Assembly: GCF_002105155.1 (NCBI RefSeq)
Contig: NW_019028982.1
Location: forward strand, 744,001-808,000
Direction: 5' to 3'
DNA length: 64,000 nt
From: Lobosporangium transversale
Lineage: Eukaryota
Part shown: positions 35,728 through 49,516 of the stretch, one piece after another
Numbering within the stretch: position 1 is the first letter of the stretch
Layout of the letters: every line of letters begins with the position of its first letter
Notes under the pieces: generated by a model
Databases searched by the model: none
What the model saw: only the letters and a program-made list of their open reading frames with translations
Told to the model about the DNA's origin: nothing
Program-made: the position numbers and the translations under genes

Positions 35728-38700
35728 TCAGAATCGACCCATGGGCACATTAATCACTCCATGATCAAAGAATGCGCCAACCACCACTGTGCCATCCTCT
35801 CGACTTTGAGGAACACTCTCACGTAGTCGCTCCACAAACGCAACGGCTGGTCGGATGACTACGCTGATGTGCGCTGGGTCTGATCGTACTAACGATTGAT
35901 GCCCGCTGGCAGAAGTTTGTAATGCATTATTAGTCGCACTCGGATTTGGAGGAGGGATCTTCCAGCCAGTGAGGCCCGCTCCTCCATTCTGAGCACCCTT
36001 GAGGTATCCAGGAATGAGTGGCACAGAGTTGGCCGTCGCTGCCGCTGCCTTCTTACTCCTGCTCCCACTTGAGCTACTACTTGAGCCTCCTGTAGCCCCA
36101 TTACTGCCCTGGGATGAAATAGGTGTCCCATCAGGATTCAAAGCAGGCAATGGGTTGTTGGCAGGTGTGCCTGCAAGCACTTGAGCATATTTGTCTTGGA
36201 TCAGACCAGAGAACGCGACTGAGGGGCTCTGTTCCGTCATTTGCGCATATACTTGAGGTAGCGCTTTACGAAGTGGATCAAACGTTTTCGTGCCGACTTC
36301 ATCGTTGTAAAGTCCACATAGCGTCGATGATCCAATAGAATCTGTAAACTTAAATAGCTGCCTGTTCTTATCACGGTTGTTCTTACGAGAACGCAATAAA
36401 TCTGAACCAGTATCCTGTCCAGGGCCGCCCAAGAAACTATCAGGACCATCCATAGATTGATTGGTGTCCATCAGATAATCTGAAAGTAAGCAGCGAATCT
36501 CTGTCAGCATTGGTGTCCAGACATCAGCAAATGTGTACATCTTGACACCAACGAGCCCCATCTGCTGTTGCTTTAGATGGTCCCCTTCAAGACGCTAAAA
36601 ATAAAATAAATCAAAAATAAATAAATAATGGGGAACATCGGCTATTTAGCGTTGTGTTAGTTTGAGATAGGAAGGTTGGCAAAGATATAGTTACAACATA
36701 CTCTCAACAAGCGTTGCCCTGCGACAAGTACTGTGCTGTGGCCTTGCGTGACACATTCCAGTTTTGAAAAGAGGGTCCAGAACAGATCTCTCAAAATTTC
36801 GTTCTCATTATTCTTCGTTGCTAAATATTTTTCATCATCTTCATCGTCATAATCGGAGTCTCTAGTATTGATTGTCTTAAGAGCTGATGCGTTCCGTCTA
36901 GAGATTTTTTTTTTTTAAGAAAAGAAAAGTGAGCCTCTGTGAGCAGGACTACATTTCTGAAATGTTTATGGTGACTGCATTCAAATGCGATGGTTAAAAA
37001 CCATTAAATATGATTCCCTACCTCTCGTTCACCTCACTGATGGTTTTATCAATCATTTGGTATGTCTCGAGTGGGACACGCTGGAGAATAGTCTAATAGA
37101 GCAGAGCACAAACGTGAAACAAGATTGGTTAGTATTGTCGAGCATTATAAATAAAAACCCGCAATCATGCAAATTCAAAGAGGTATGATTTTGTTATGTA
37201 CCACTATGGCATCCTTGAACTTTCCAAGTAGTCCCAGAGACTCAACCAAAATTTCCAGATAATATGTAGAATCAACTTCTGGGTTAATTTCAAGATCCTC
37301 TGTGATCTATATAAGCAATTAAGAAAGAAAGAAAGAAAAAAAAATGAATGTCGATCATCGGAAAATAATGGACGAAATAGCTGTATGTATCCGGTTCGTC
37401 CAAATGTGAGCTAGTGTACCATTTCGTCGTCCAACCGCACTTCATTGCCGGGTTTGGATTTAGGCTGGAATCCAGCATTGCGTTTGAGTCGATCGTTGCC
37501 CAATTTGGAGAGGTCTTTGCTGATTCTGAAAGGATAGTTATAAAAAAAAAAAAAAAAAAAAAAAAACCAAGTCAGTTTTACATGCCTCAAGGTTAATTCA
37601 CATTGATAATGACAGTTGAATACATCTTATGAAATGAAATGTCATACCCATCGAATATTCCCCTTTCCGTTGATGGTACTACATGAAGGAAAACGAATTG
37701 TGTTGGATCCCAATGTTAGTTGGTTGCTTCCGAAAAAGTAAAACGCAAAGTGATATCAAAACTCCTTATTCTCTCGGAGAAGCCAATGTACATGCTTCCT
37801 GCCCAGTGGTATATGCGGCCCATCGACTGTCGCAGTAAGGGCTCTTCAAGTAAAGGTGATTATGAAGTTCTTCCATGAGAATCTCTGCCAACGACTATCA
37901 TGAAAGAAGGGATAAAATAAATAGCCACTGATTAGTTAAAATACTTCCAGCAGAAATGGCCTTATTCATACGCTGCAATGCTTTTAGCCTCCTGTCCTTG
38001 GACACATCCTGTTACCTCATATTGCTCGTTAAAGAATCGTGTTAGATCTGATAAAGCCCCCACCGAAGTCATTTCTGGTTTAGATATTGTCTTTGAACAT
38101 GAAACTAGTAACTTGACCGCCGCTAAGAAATGCTTTTCGCGGATAAAAGTCTCCAGTTTAGCGGGTGCCTGCTTCAATTCTTCACTAATGGCTCGAAACA
38201 AAGTAAAGTAACGGAAACGGTTTATATGAACATACAAGGTTATGGAAATAGATAATGCGCAAGTCAAGTAAAGATAGCGGTGACCTTAACTGCCTTACAT
38301 TTCATCCAACATTTCAATCATGTCTTTATACTGCTGACTCTTGTTGTACAATTGCACCAAATCTGCATGTCGTAGCCGAAGGGATTCTTTAGAATTTTTG
38401 AGATCCATGCGCAATTCTTTAACACGGCTTTGGGAGTCTGAAATACTGTCAATTACTCCACCATATGTTCCAATGGATGCATTGAACCCCTGATATGATC
38501 CTAATGACGTTTCGTGATCAACGAATGGCAAATGAAGACATTGTGTCAACAACATACAGTCGTTCGTCTTTTAAACTGCGCTGAAGTGCCATTGCTAGAA
38601 TAGCATCCATATCTGAAATACCATTGACGACATCCTTCAGTGCTCGTTCGATATTTCGAAGGATTAACATGAACATATCATAGTCCTTTCCGAGTGAACT

Positions 38701-39037
38701 CCCGTCCATGAGCTCCAATGCCAATGGTACAGGATTAAACTATTAGGATGTCACGAAGCAGTTAAAAAGTTAGTTAGTAAAAGTTAAATTAACCAAATTG
38801 AAAATGGCTATTCCCTAAACAATCTTTTGCATACATCTGGCTTTGTCATGAACTCCCATTCATCGTTCAAGAGATCTAACAGAGTAAAATAAAAAATACA
38901 TCAGATGAAGTCCTTCCATGTGTCTGCAGCAAAAAAATTATGAGGAAATTCTTTTCACCTCGAATATCAATGGTGCTTGGGTCTATGATTGGTTCGACAT
39001 ATTGGTCATGGAATCGGTATTCATCTCGATGTGCCAT
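35728..39037 (-). CDS. SEC8: Exocyst subunit Sec8-like protein, about 11 exons, apparently C-terminally truncated (about 700 aa)
   Basis: EWEFMT..FNPVPLALELMDGSSLG, YQGFNASIGTY, LETFIREKHFLAAV and ILMEELHNHLYLKSPYC are Sec8 N-terminal domain motifs. ATG at 39037. Confidence 0.8.
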
Positions 39038-39278
39038 TGTTGAGTTTTAGTGTTTATTAATGATGTAAAGAGAATTAGGAGTTCTTTTCAACTCGAGCTC
39101 TTGTGCCGAAATTGTCACATGACTATTCATCATGGTCGCACGAGTGCAGAGGGACCCAGACCTTTGAGGCGAAGGTATTGGCACAACAACCTGGGCGAGG
39201 GGAGAACTTCCTTCTTCTTTCTCTCTCTTCCCTACACTATCCATACTCACGCTTCCTTGCCAAAAAGATATACAGTTC

Positions 39279-40276
39279 ATGAATAATCAACCTCACACTA
39301 AGAAACCCAATCAAACAGAGGATGTCTTTCATAGTCAAGGTTCAAGGCATGCACCCGCTCTGACGAGTCACGTACCTGGGCCACCAGTAAATATCTATCC
39401 TACCATAGTTCCTGGTCGGCACCAACCAACGTTACCACATACACAGTCAGAGTATCTAAAATCCATACCAATGATGCATGCTCATGGAATGCCTTCGTTC
39501 GTGCAGACTTCATATTATCAATCCATGGATGCTGGCTCTAATATCAATCCACCGTATAGAGACACTGATGCCGATACGATCAATGTCCAGCAACAACAGA
39601 TGTGGTATGCAGCTTCCCAGCACATACAGTCAGCCGAACACCATTCCGATACTGCACTGTCCCATCCGCAATACGAGGTGAGCTTACAGGACTAAGATCT
39701 TTCTCACTAAAGGAGATTACTGTAAACAACAGCCTAACTTGTTTGTGGTATTTGGGGTATTGTACCCCAATCTTAAAACTCTAATGACCAACATAATTTC
39801 GTTCCGCCGAATACATGATCCTTTAGCCACATGGAAGTCCCGAAGTTGATTTCTTAAACGATCTCCTCTTTAATAGCCCAAGAATAGCCTCGTCTCGATT
39901 CGCCCATCAATCATTGCAGCAACAGCAGCAGTTTCATGATGTTTCCTCCATGTCTTACATCCCGGTAGCGGTTTCGACTGCTACAAACCGGCAACAGCAG
40001 GTGCGCCAGGGCCATCAGACGACCCACATCGCTACATCTAACTCAGCTCCTCCTCTTGCTGTTTCACACTCGATTCCAGAATATATCACACAGCAAGTCG
40101 AGCAACAAGGAGGAGCACATCTTCTCATCGATTCATTGTTTACCCCAAGAACCCGGCCAGCGGTCTTGAGCCATATCAATGTACTTCATCAAAGGCCAGA
40201 TTCTATTGCTCAACAAGATGGTCCTCTAGGAGAGGTATGTATGTTATTGCTGAAAACCTGTCTGCTGTCATGTTTC

Positions 40277-40314
<38 letters not shown>

Positions 40315-42277
40315 TGCAAGGGGCAGACTCAGTAAGAACTATATCATTTTGTAACTTAGAGCCCTCATCGGCAGACGAGGACACAGTGGGAAATGGCATA
40401 TAGAGGGTCACCTGATCAAAGCTCTCCTGAGTGGGAGCGGGTCGAAATTGGGTTTTCGGACTGGGAAAAGGTATCTCATGGGTCGTCACCGGGCTTCTCT
40501 GAATGGGAGCAAGTGGATTTTGGCGCTTCTCCGAGGAGTCCGGACACGCTATCTGGATCCCCAGAAGATAGGCGGAGTACGCACTACATCCCAGCAGGCA
40601 ACCAGCAGCATCCTAGTCCGCCCTATATGATTCCCGATGCCGCGTACTTCCCCCCGACACCGTCCACTAGACCAACCGAAACAATTAAATCTGTTGCTAA
40701 AAGCAAGCAAACTGCAGGAACCAAGAAACGAAAAAAGTTTGATATTCAGGAAAAGCTAAAGATCATTGAGTTCGTTGAGAACAATCCAGAAATGACATTA
40801 AGTGAATATGCCACGCACTTTGGTATAGCCAGAGGCACTTTAGATGGCATCATTAAATCCAAAGATAACCTCAAAGCAAGCCTCAATCAACTACCACGAA
40901 CAGATGCAGTGCTAAATGCACGCAACCGCACTGAGCCGCGAAGCCGATTTGTAGAGGAGCTTCTACTGTCCTGGATCACGCATATTAGATCTCAGCATAT
41001 CCCTATTCAACGTAAGAATATTGTCGCACAGGCAATTGCTATCCATCGGATGCTCTCAGGCTTGTTCCAAGCACCACTCGCAAATATAAAGTTTTCTGAT
41101 GGATGGTACCAAGAGTTTTCGAAACGGCGATCCATCACTTCCTATGAAGCTGTCAATGCCAACAGGAATTATGCACTGGAGGAGGAGGAGACGGCTCGCT
41201 TCAGACAGATACTTGAACAGTACAGGATGGATGACATTTATGCATGTGATGCAACTAGTATGTTTTCTGTCCCGGTATGCACCTCGACGGTACATCCTAA
41301 TACAGCATGCAAGCTGCTGAGTGCTGAAGACAGAGACCAGGAGAGAACGAGCTGCGTTTTTGGGCAAGCAGTTTCAATTGTACTCTTTTGCAACGCAACC
41401 GGCACAGGAAGGCTTGACCCTGTCATGCTTGGTAAGCAAACAGCATTTTGATAGGAGAAGCTAAGGGTGCTTGCTTGACTTTAATTTTATACTTTATTTT
41501 TGTTTGTGTTTTTTGAAAAAGAAGAAAGACTTGAATAGCAGATTCTAACATCCTTCGTCTCTGTGCAATGTTGCAAATCAAATAGATCGACTATATCAGT
41601 ATGTCCCTGGTCACTATGGCGTTAGGGTCTTGCGAGATCAAGATGTAAACAGGATGCCATTTACTGAGTGGTTGCTCGCTTTTGATAGCGTGCTTGAGCG
41701 CAACGCGTTGCTTCTTCTGAGCCAGGAGGTGTATGATCAAGTCAAAAGTGCCTTGCCTGCCTTCCGTTACCTCAAAGTCATTCCTGCTCCTGCACACCTC
41801 AACGCGCTGCTACCTATGCGGGCAGGAATTTCAAAGCATTTCAAGGCTTACATCAACATCATACAATTTGAAAGAACTCTACGACGCCGTGACACTTATG
41901 GAGACACCTACAGCATTGCGTGGGGAATGGTGGGGAATGCAGCTATTAAACAATCTTTCTCAGTTCTTCTGAGAGAAGTTGGCTATTTGGAGCCACAGAG
42001 TCCCTTGGTAATTCATGAGTTGGATGAACTCCAGGCCACGAAAGATAAGTTGGACAACATACTGAGCCATGCTCATAAGAATATGCATAAGAGCATTCGT
42101 CAGTATTATTTCAATCAGGACAACGATATTGGTCCATCTGCATTCCTGTATGAAGAAATCATGAAGATGCACAAAAGCTCGGATGCTAGTCGATACCTGC
42201 TTGGAATTGAAAACAATACCCGGCCGTGGGAAGAATGGTGGAAACATGTTGTGATCTGTTCCGGATCGCCTCTGTAA
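39279..42277 (+). CDS. Domesticated pogo/Tc5 (CENP-B/PDC2-like) transposase-derived protein, 4 exons, 856 aa
   Basis: Exons 39279-39677, 39827-40234, 40360-41431, 41586-42277 splice in frame. CENP-B-type HTH (KRKKFDIQEKLKII..FGIARGTLDGIIK), Tc5 HTH (EELLLSWI..KFSDGWYQEF) and DDE_1 remnants (IYACDATSMF, CNATGT, FTEWL). Confidence 0.8.
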
Positions 42278-43515
42278 GATAAAAAGTTGATTAAAATATG
42301 AGTATTGCAAAGTCAGAAAAATTGCTGAGTGATGAGTGGGTACATGAAGGAAAGTACAACCAAGCTGCTGTGCACTTTTGAAATAAAAAAAAATGACAGT
42401 GCCACTAGGTTAAAACAGTGTTCATCACAATTTACTATCGAGGCGAAAACGAGGGACGCGCTCCGAGTGTAGTGGCCAAAATTGACACTTTATCTCGTTC
42501 CCTCTTCGTTACATTTAGTTTTGTACCCAAGTTTTACTGAGACCATTATGCATGTGAGGAAGGCCATCATGACGATATTTAGAGGAATGAAGGCTGAATT
42601 CAATTGCAGAGTCCCCAAGTTTTCCATTCAAAGTAACCGAGCAACCCCTGAACACATTCTTAGTTAACTATCACCGAAATCTTTTAGCCTCAAAGTACTA
42701 GCGTCTATGCCCGCAATCGGAAATGAAGTGCACCTTTTTATGTATGTGCAAGTAGAAGGAATACAGACCCATGGTTCTGGCCAGAGCAAAAGAATTGACT
42801 GTTCTTGACGTATTCATTTATCGTTGCTTCTTTCTCCACATCGGACAAGGCTCAACTACTGCACTGGACTGGGCCAAACCAGACACAAAATACACTCCTA
42901 AGAGAAAATGCGCCTGAGAGAAAGAAGGTATTTGACAGCATCTTTATTGCTGAGGAGCAATGACCTACAAACTCATTAATGCAGATTGATTGAGTGATCA
43001 TTATTCATTCACATCTGCTTAACACTGTACAAAATAAATTGTAAAAAAAAATGACGTTCAGTTGAGCAAATAAAAAAAATAAAAAAAAAAATGAATTGCT
43101 GTCAATAAAACAATCAACAACGCGAGTAAACAAATACAATGGATGACGAGGGTAGGGTCATTTTAAACAAAGACAGGGTTGGGATGCCTTCCTTCTCGTT
43201 CAATGGATCAAAGGCGATGCAGGATAAAATAGTTTAGATTATTCCATCGCCACACACTCCAACTTTCCAACGACATCATCCAAAAAATCTAGCAACTATG
43301 CTAAAGCATGTTATGCTTTGCTTAGTATGCGTTGTACGCTTCCAAAAAAGAGTTAATGTTCCTGTTAAACCATATAAAGGCAGGGCGTGAATCCTTATTT
43401 CTATCACTCTCACGCCCTTATTCTGTCTCTATTCTCTTTGCTTCTCATTGTTCATTTCTCTCCTTACTGCAACATAGCACAAATAACAAAATTCCCCTTC
43501 CCCAAATCTATTGCC

Positions 43516-45278
43516 ATGTCAGCAAAGTACAGGCTGTTGAATAATGTGTACTTCCTTGGTGGATTCGCAACCATCGGCGGGTAAGCTACTATACTGTTTC
43601 AAGAAAAAAAAAAAAAAAAAAAAGAGAGAAAAATTGCTTCGTTCGTCGAACTCGTTCTTACACATTATTAATAATGTATTTTTTCTGCTATGGCTTATTT
43701 AGCATGCTGTTTGGTTTCGACATCTCATCCATGTCTGGTGTCGTAGGAACGCAGCGGTACCAGGAGTACTTCAATCACCCATCGTCATCACTGCAGGGCG
43801 GAATTGTCGCTTCCATGGCCGCAGGCTCCTTCTTGGGTGCTCTCCTGGCTGGTCCATTGGGCGACAAGATTTCACGCAAGCGCACCATCATGCTTGCTGC
43901 CTCTATCTGGATTGTTGGCTCCATTATCCAATGTGCAACTGTCAATGTTGGTATGCTCATTGTCGGTCGTATCATCAACGGTATTGCTGTTGGCCTGGCT
44001 TCCATGATCGTCCCTGTGTACCAATCTGAGATTGCACCCAAAAATATCCGTGGGCGTATTGTATCGTTGCAACAATGGGCTATCACTTGGGGTATTCTCA
44101 TCCAATACTTCATCCAGTACGGCTGTTCCTTTATCAATTCCGAAGCTGCGTTCCGAATCCCCTGGGGTGTACAAATCATCCCAGGTATCATTCTCCTTGC
44201 TGGAATCAGCTTCTTCCCTTACTCTCCTCGCTGGTTAGCAGACCATGGACGTGGCGAAGAAGCTCTTGAAGTGCTCGCCATGTTACGAGCAAAGGGTAAT
44301 AAGAATGATCCTCTGGTCATGGCGGAATACAAAGAGATTGAGGATGCTATTAAATTCGACAGGACTCAGGCTGCGCGTTCGTATGCAGAGCTTTTCCGCA
44401 AGCCAAATGCTCGTCGCGTCTTCCTTGGTATGAGTCTCCAGTCCTGGTCTCAACTTACGGGCATGAATGTGGCCATGTATTATATTGTTTTCATCTTCCA
44501 GGGCGCAGGCATCACTGGCCAGAACGCCAATCTACAGGCATCTTCTATCCAATATATTCTTAATGTCATTATGACCATTCCTGCGATCCTGTTTATTGAT
44601 AAATGGGGTCGTCGTCCTGTTCTTTTAGTTGGATCCACCTTTATGGCTCTCTGGATGTTCCTCATCGGAGGTTTGATGGGTCGTTTTGGTGGCCCCTCTA
44701 ACTTTGAAGGTAACGAGACCACAACATGGGCTATTCAAGACAATGATGCTGCATCCAAGGCAGTAATTGCTTGCTCTTATCTCTTTGTCTGCTCATTTGC
44801 CATCTCTTGGGGCCCTGTTTCATGGACATATCCAGCCGAGATCTACCCACTCCGGATCCGTTCCAAAGCAGTCTCGCTCTCAACAGCATCAAACTGGGCA
44901 TTCAACTTTATTTTAGCTTATGCAGTTCCCCCACTGCTGGAAAATATCCAATACAAGACCTATTTTATCTTTGGAGCCTTCTGTGTGGCCATGACGATCC
45001 ATGTCTTCTTCATGTTTCCAGAGACCAAGGGTCATACATTGGAGGAGATGGATGAGCTCTTCAATTCAGATGTTCCTGCATGGAAGACTCGAGCGCAACC
45101 CCAGTCGCGCTTGGATAGTGATATTGAAGAACTCCGAGCACAACAAGCGAATGAGAAATCAGAGGTCGAGGAAACAGATATTCGCCGCTCAAATGATCAT
45201 CAATTGCCAGCATCGCACCATGATGAGCCTGTACAGCCTTTGCATCAGCTTCAGCCTGGCAACCCTGTCACAGAGACG

Positions 45279-45284
<6 letters not shown>
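43516..45284 (+). CDS. MFS sugar porter (HGT1-like high-affinity glucose transporter), 2 exons
   Basis: Exons 43516-43580 and 43703-45284. GGMLFGFDISSMSG, PVYQSEIAP..RG, QLTGMN..MYY, DKWGRRP, SWGP..W.YPAEI, PETKG.TLEE. Confidence 0.93.
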
Positions 45285-45313
<29 letters not shown>

Positions 45314-45958
45314 GTGGCACATTGAAGTCAATTCTCTCCAATGCTACATTAAATGACTTTTCCAATAGCAGACAGCCCTTATCCTACATTTATTATTTTA
45401 TATTTTAGTATTTTACAATATTAATTAAAGTATTATTAAACTTTCTCTTTGCTTGATACAATGATACAAAGCATCAGTGGCAATGACAAAAAAAAAAAAT
45501 TGGAAGTCCTATTTGTGAGAGCAGTCATTAAGATTAAATCAGGCCTTAAATTTTTGGCCCGGTTTGAAAATAAAAAATAGTGTCCCATATGCGCAGATGA
45601 GCTTTATGAGACTGTGAAATATGGGTATATATTCAGAGCACTCCCTGCAGCCATAGGAGGTTCTTTAGTTAGTCGGACGTGAATCAATATTAAGTATTGA
45701 TTTACCTTCAACATATTCCAAGCTGGTAATCATCCGTTGTGGATTGTCAAATATGTGAAACCATCGGTTCATTCCAGGCGAGAGTAATAATATTGAAGGC
45801 ACTCTGAGCAGCCCTTGGTTTAATTCAATCCAGTGTGCTGCATTAGTTGCGTCAACATTTTTCTTTCCTTCATTTAGGAAAATAAGTAATTTGAGATTAT
45901 ATTCTCTATTTGTCTTTATTATTGTTGGTATTGTTTGAGTGCTGTGTCAAATCAGCTT

Positions 45959-48900
45959 TTAGTCTTTCTCAGAAAGAACGATTGCAAATGAAAATGGTTC
46001 AAATGCATATCCCGTACCCTAAGAACCAAAAATATCCAAAACATCCTAGTTAATATCTTAATAATGGAGACAGAGAATTGATATGCAATATAAAGAGACT
46101 GATCTGTGAAGACTAACCAGGTAAAACTTGTTATTAAACTCGACCCAGTGCAATCGCAGAGCATGAAGGAATGCAGAAAGTCCCTCCATGCCTATCAGAA
46201 TAAAGACCGTCAATGTGAACCATACTGCGAACATTATAACAGTCATGATTGCTCCTAGGGTTCCCGTAAAACCCCATGCCATACCCAAAGTCATCGTCCA
46301 TAGAACTTCAGACAGCTGTGCATGGGCCAAAGATAGTGCCCACAATCGTAAGTACGATGCCGTGTTGGATATACAGCCCAGACAAAAGTCAATTGTGTGA
46401 ATCACTTGGTGAATCAATTCTTCTGAAAACTCAAACTCTTCCTCGTCATGTTCTTGACTACCATTGGTCGTGTCTTCCTCTGTCACAATAGTACTATTAC
46501 CATTGTCCCCTTCATCCGAACGGTCGCTATCAGCACTGACACGGGCATTGTTCTCAGAAGGTTGATGGTAACCCATTGCACGGGCTCGATTGTGCTCATG
46601 CTTTAGGTAATAAGGCTTCAAAAAGAGCATCCACGGAATGCATACAAATGCGGTAAATACAAGCAACGCTTGTATGAAGCCCTAGAAAGCGAAAATGCAA
46701 GTATACGCGGTCTTTGTTGGTGAGAACATTCAATGTTTTTATAAGCCCTAACTTGTTCTTTCGTTAGACGTTACCTGCCCGGAATATAGCTTGTCACCTT
46801 CGTTGACGGATCCTGGACTTAGAAACATATAGATCATTGTGTTGAGCAAACTGGGTGGCGAGTTATGCAGCGGTTGGCCAGCAGCATCTGTTTCAAACCA
46901 ATTGACAGTCCACTTGTATAAGATCATGATTACCAAGTATCCAAAGAGGCATTGCATAAATAACATTTGAGGAATGAAGCCTCCAATGATATCGATTGGC
47001 TTGCGGTAAAATTTAGCATTGTAATACACCATACAGATGCCAAAGGACATATGAATAACGCCCAAGATGACTGACATCTTCATTTTGTAGGAATTTGTGA
47101 ACAAGAGGTAGTTTTCAGCTCCATGCCACACATAGTCAATACCAAATGGATAGGTATACTCAGTAGGCTCTGCCACCAAAAGAGTTTTACCGTCATAGTC
47201 TTCAGGTACATCGAGACGCCAGCCGGACTGGAACAGTGGAAGAGCACGGGAAAAGATGTCATTATACATCATCCCCGTAAAAATAGAAAATACACCCATC
47301 AACAAGACAATGTAACGTCCCCCATAGACCATTTGAAACATCTGGAATGCGATAAGAAAGCTCATGGTAGTCAGTTGAGATTATTCTCGCTGTGACATTT
47401 ATTATTGAGATAATAAAAAAAGTGTCACCTACCTCGCCTTCAACGTTGGCAAGCTTGCGTTCATTCAGAACTAGGAACAATCCCGCCAAAACCACCAAGA
47501 TGGCGTGGCCTACATCTCCAAACATCACTGCAAATAAAAAGGGGAAGGAGATGATGGTAAATAGGCCTGGATTCACCTCGCGATATTTGGCCATACCGTA
47601 TGCATCCACAATCGCTTGAAATCCAGCAGTAAACTTGTTGGTTTTGTGATAGGTTGGAGGTTCTTTGTGAGTACGCAGTTCAGTTAGAATGGGTCGAACT
47701 GTCGATCCAGAACGTTGACTCACTGTTCGCAGAGCTGCCTGGATAGTGCCAATCTCATTTGTTGGGCACCATCCCTCCGCAACCAGACATTTGCGATTGA
47801 TATCGTGGTTGAATTTATTCATAGTATGGTACGTCGCCTTTTCCTTCTTCACAATTGTTATCCACGCCGCCAAGTCAGCTGAAATACGGATAAGTTCCTG
47901 ACGACGAGCTTGTGTTGTATTGGTGATGACAGAGTTGAACTCTTCAATATGTCTTAAAGTGCCCGACAACGCTTCCCTTCTCTGCTCTGTAGATGAATCA
48001 ATAGCATATAAAGTTGCTCCCATTGACTCTGCAATCTTTTTAATCTTAGCCAGGATCTCGCGCCCATGAGCAAAGATGATGAATACGCTTTTCAGCGCTG
48101 CCACATCCGTTGCAGGATCTATAATTGATTCCTTGATGTCTACCGTATTCATGTACAAGTTACCGCGAAGAGAACGCCACAGGATACGTTCAAAAGTCTG
48201 CAATCTGTTTCGAGGAATAACACCAGTGACATTGCCAAGGGTGAGACCCAAGCCTTGCGCCTCCTGTGAAGGGCCCGTTTCCAAATCATCTAGGAGTCGC
48301 GCACTTGGCTCCTCCAGTGAACGACGAATCTCATCCTGATTTGAGACAGCCTAGAAAGTGACATTTACAAACGTACAAATGCTTAAATTCTTTAGTTAAA
48401 GGGACTTGACAGCTCCTCCATCCCTATATGAATGCACAGCTTTGGAGAGGCATCCTTTTACCTCCTCAAAAAAGACTGCAGCTTCTTGCAAGACATGCCT
48501 AAGTTCAATCAACTCCCAGTGTCGTCGCTGCATATTCTCATATGAGGCATTCATTTGCAACAAACGACTCTCGTGTGCTGACAATCGTCTCACAATGTCA
48601 TCCAGCTCTTGACGCGAAGGTGCGTGTGCCACATACGACGAAGTCGTTGTCGATTGAATCGGGATCTCTGCCTTCTCGATCTGTGATGCGAAAAAGCCTA
48701 TTATAGTAGATCATGACGACGATCAGAGTAAAAGTCAGTCTTTGCTGCTATTTATGGGTATTTAAAGTCAGTCTCGAAGGAGCGCAAGTAGAATAACCAG
48801 GCATTTAAACTTACGCAACTGTCTCTCCATCTCATCGAATTGCCGAATTTCATTCACGAAAGCTCGTTGAAAGACATTTACACCATCATTTAACTGTTTC

Positions 48901-49516
48901 AAATCAAATGTTAATTAAAACACCTTGTCGATCAATAGAGTAGAAAGATATATTGTTACTGTAATTGCGGAGTGAATTAATTAGACGAGTCGCTTACATC
49001 CCGGAATTGGATCATTCCTATCTCTCCCAGCTCTGCGACCGTAGGCTGTGCTATTTCTGATGGAATATACAGCTGGATCAGTGACATCTCCTCGGACCGA
49101 AAGAGAGCAGATTCTGTCATTCTGCCTTGAGAATTGACCCCACTACCACCTCGATAAAGGTTGCGTCGATCTTCCTGATCCTCAAAATGGTTGCGCCCTC
49201 GCCTTTCTCGGCGTGGGAAACCAGTTGATGAAGGAGAAGGTCGCGCTCGAGGATCCGGCTCCTGTTCGTCCATAGCAGAATCAGGCTCTCTATAGCTACT
49301 ACTACTGCTGTTGTTGACAGGCGATCGCAAACGATTTATGAGGGCCCCAGGTGCACCAAAGCCGCCAGTCGTCAGCGCTGTGGCGATAGAGGTCGAAGCC
49401 GAGGTATCGAGGGCATCGTCATCGTCATCTGGTGGCCGACTGTAGCCGTTGTTGATGATGCCACTGTTGCCGCTAGACCCTTGAGGAGGAGGAGGGTTCC
49501 GTTGGAGCGAGTCCAA
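45959..49516 (-). CDS. VPH1: V-ATPase V0 subunit a (Vph1/Stv1 family), 7 exons; start codon uncertain
   Basis: [88 protein letters not shown]. Last exon 46018-45959 reads [11 protein letters not shown]. Confidence 0.93.

Noticed and set aside
39279..42277. Active transposon, or the autonomous partner of the MITE
   Set aside because: Two of three catalytic Asp are lost, introns are present, and no TIRs matching the MITE flank the gene.
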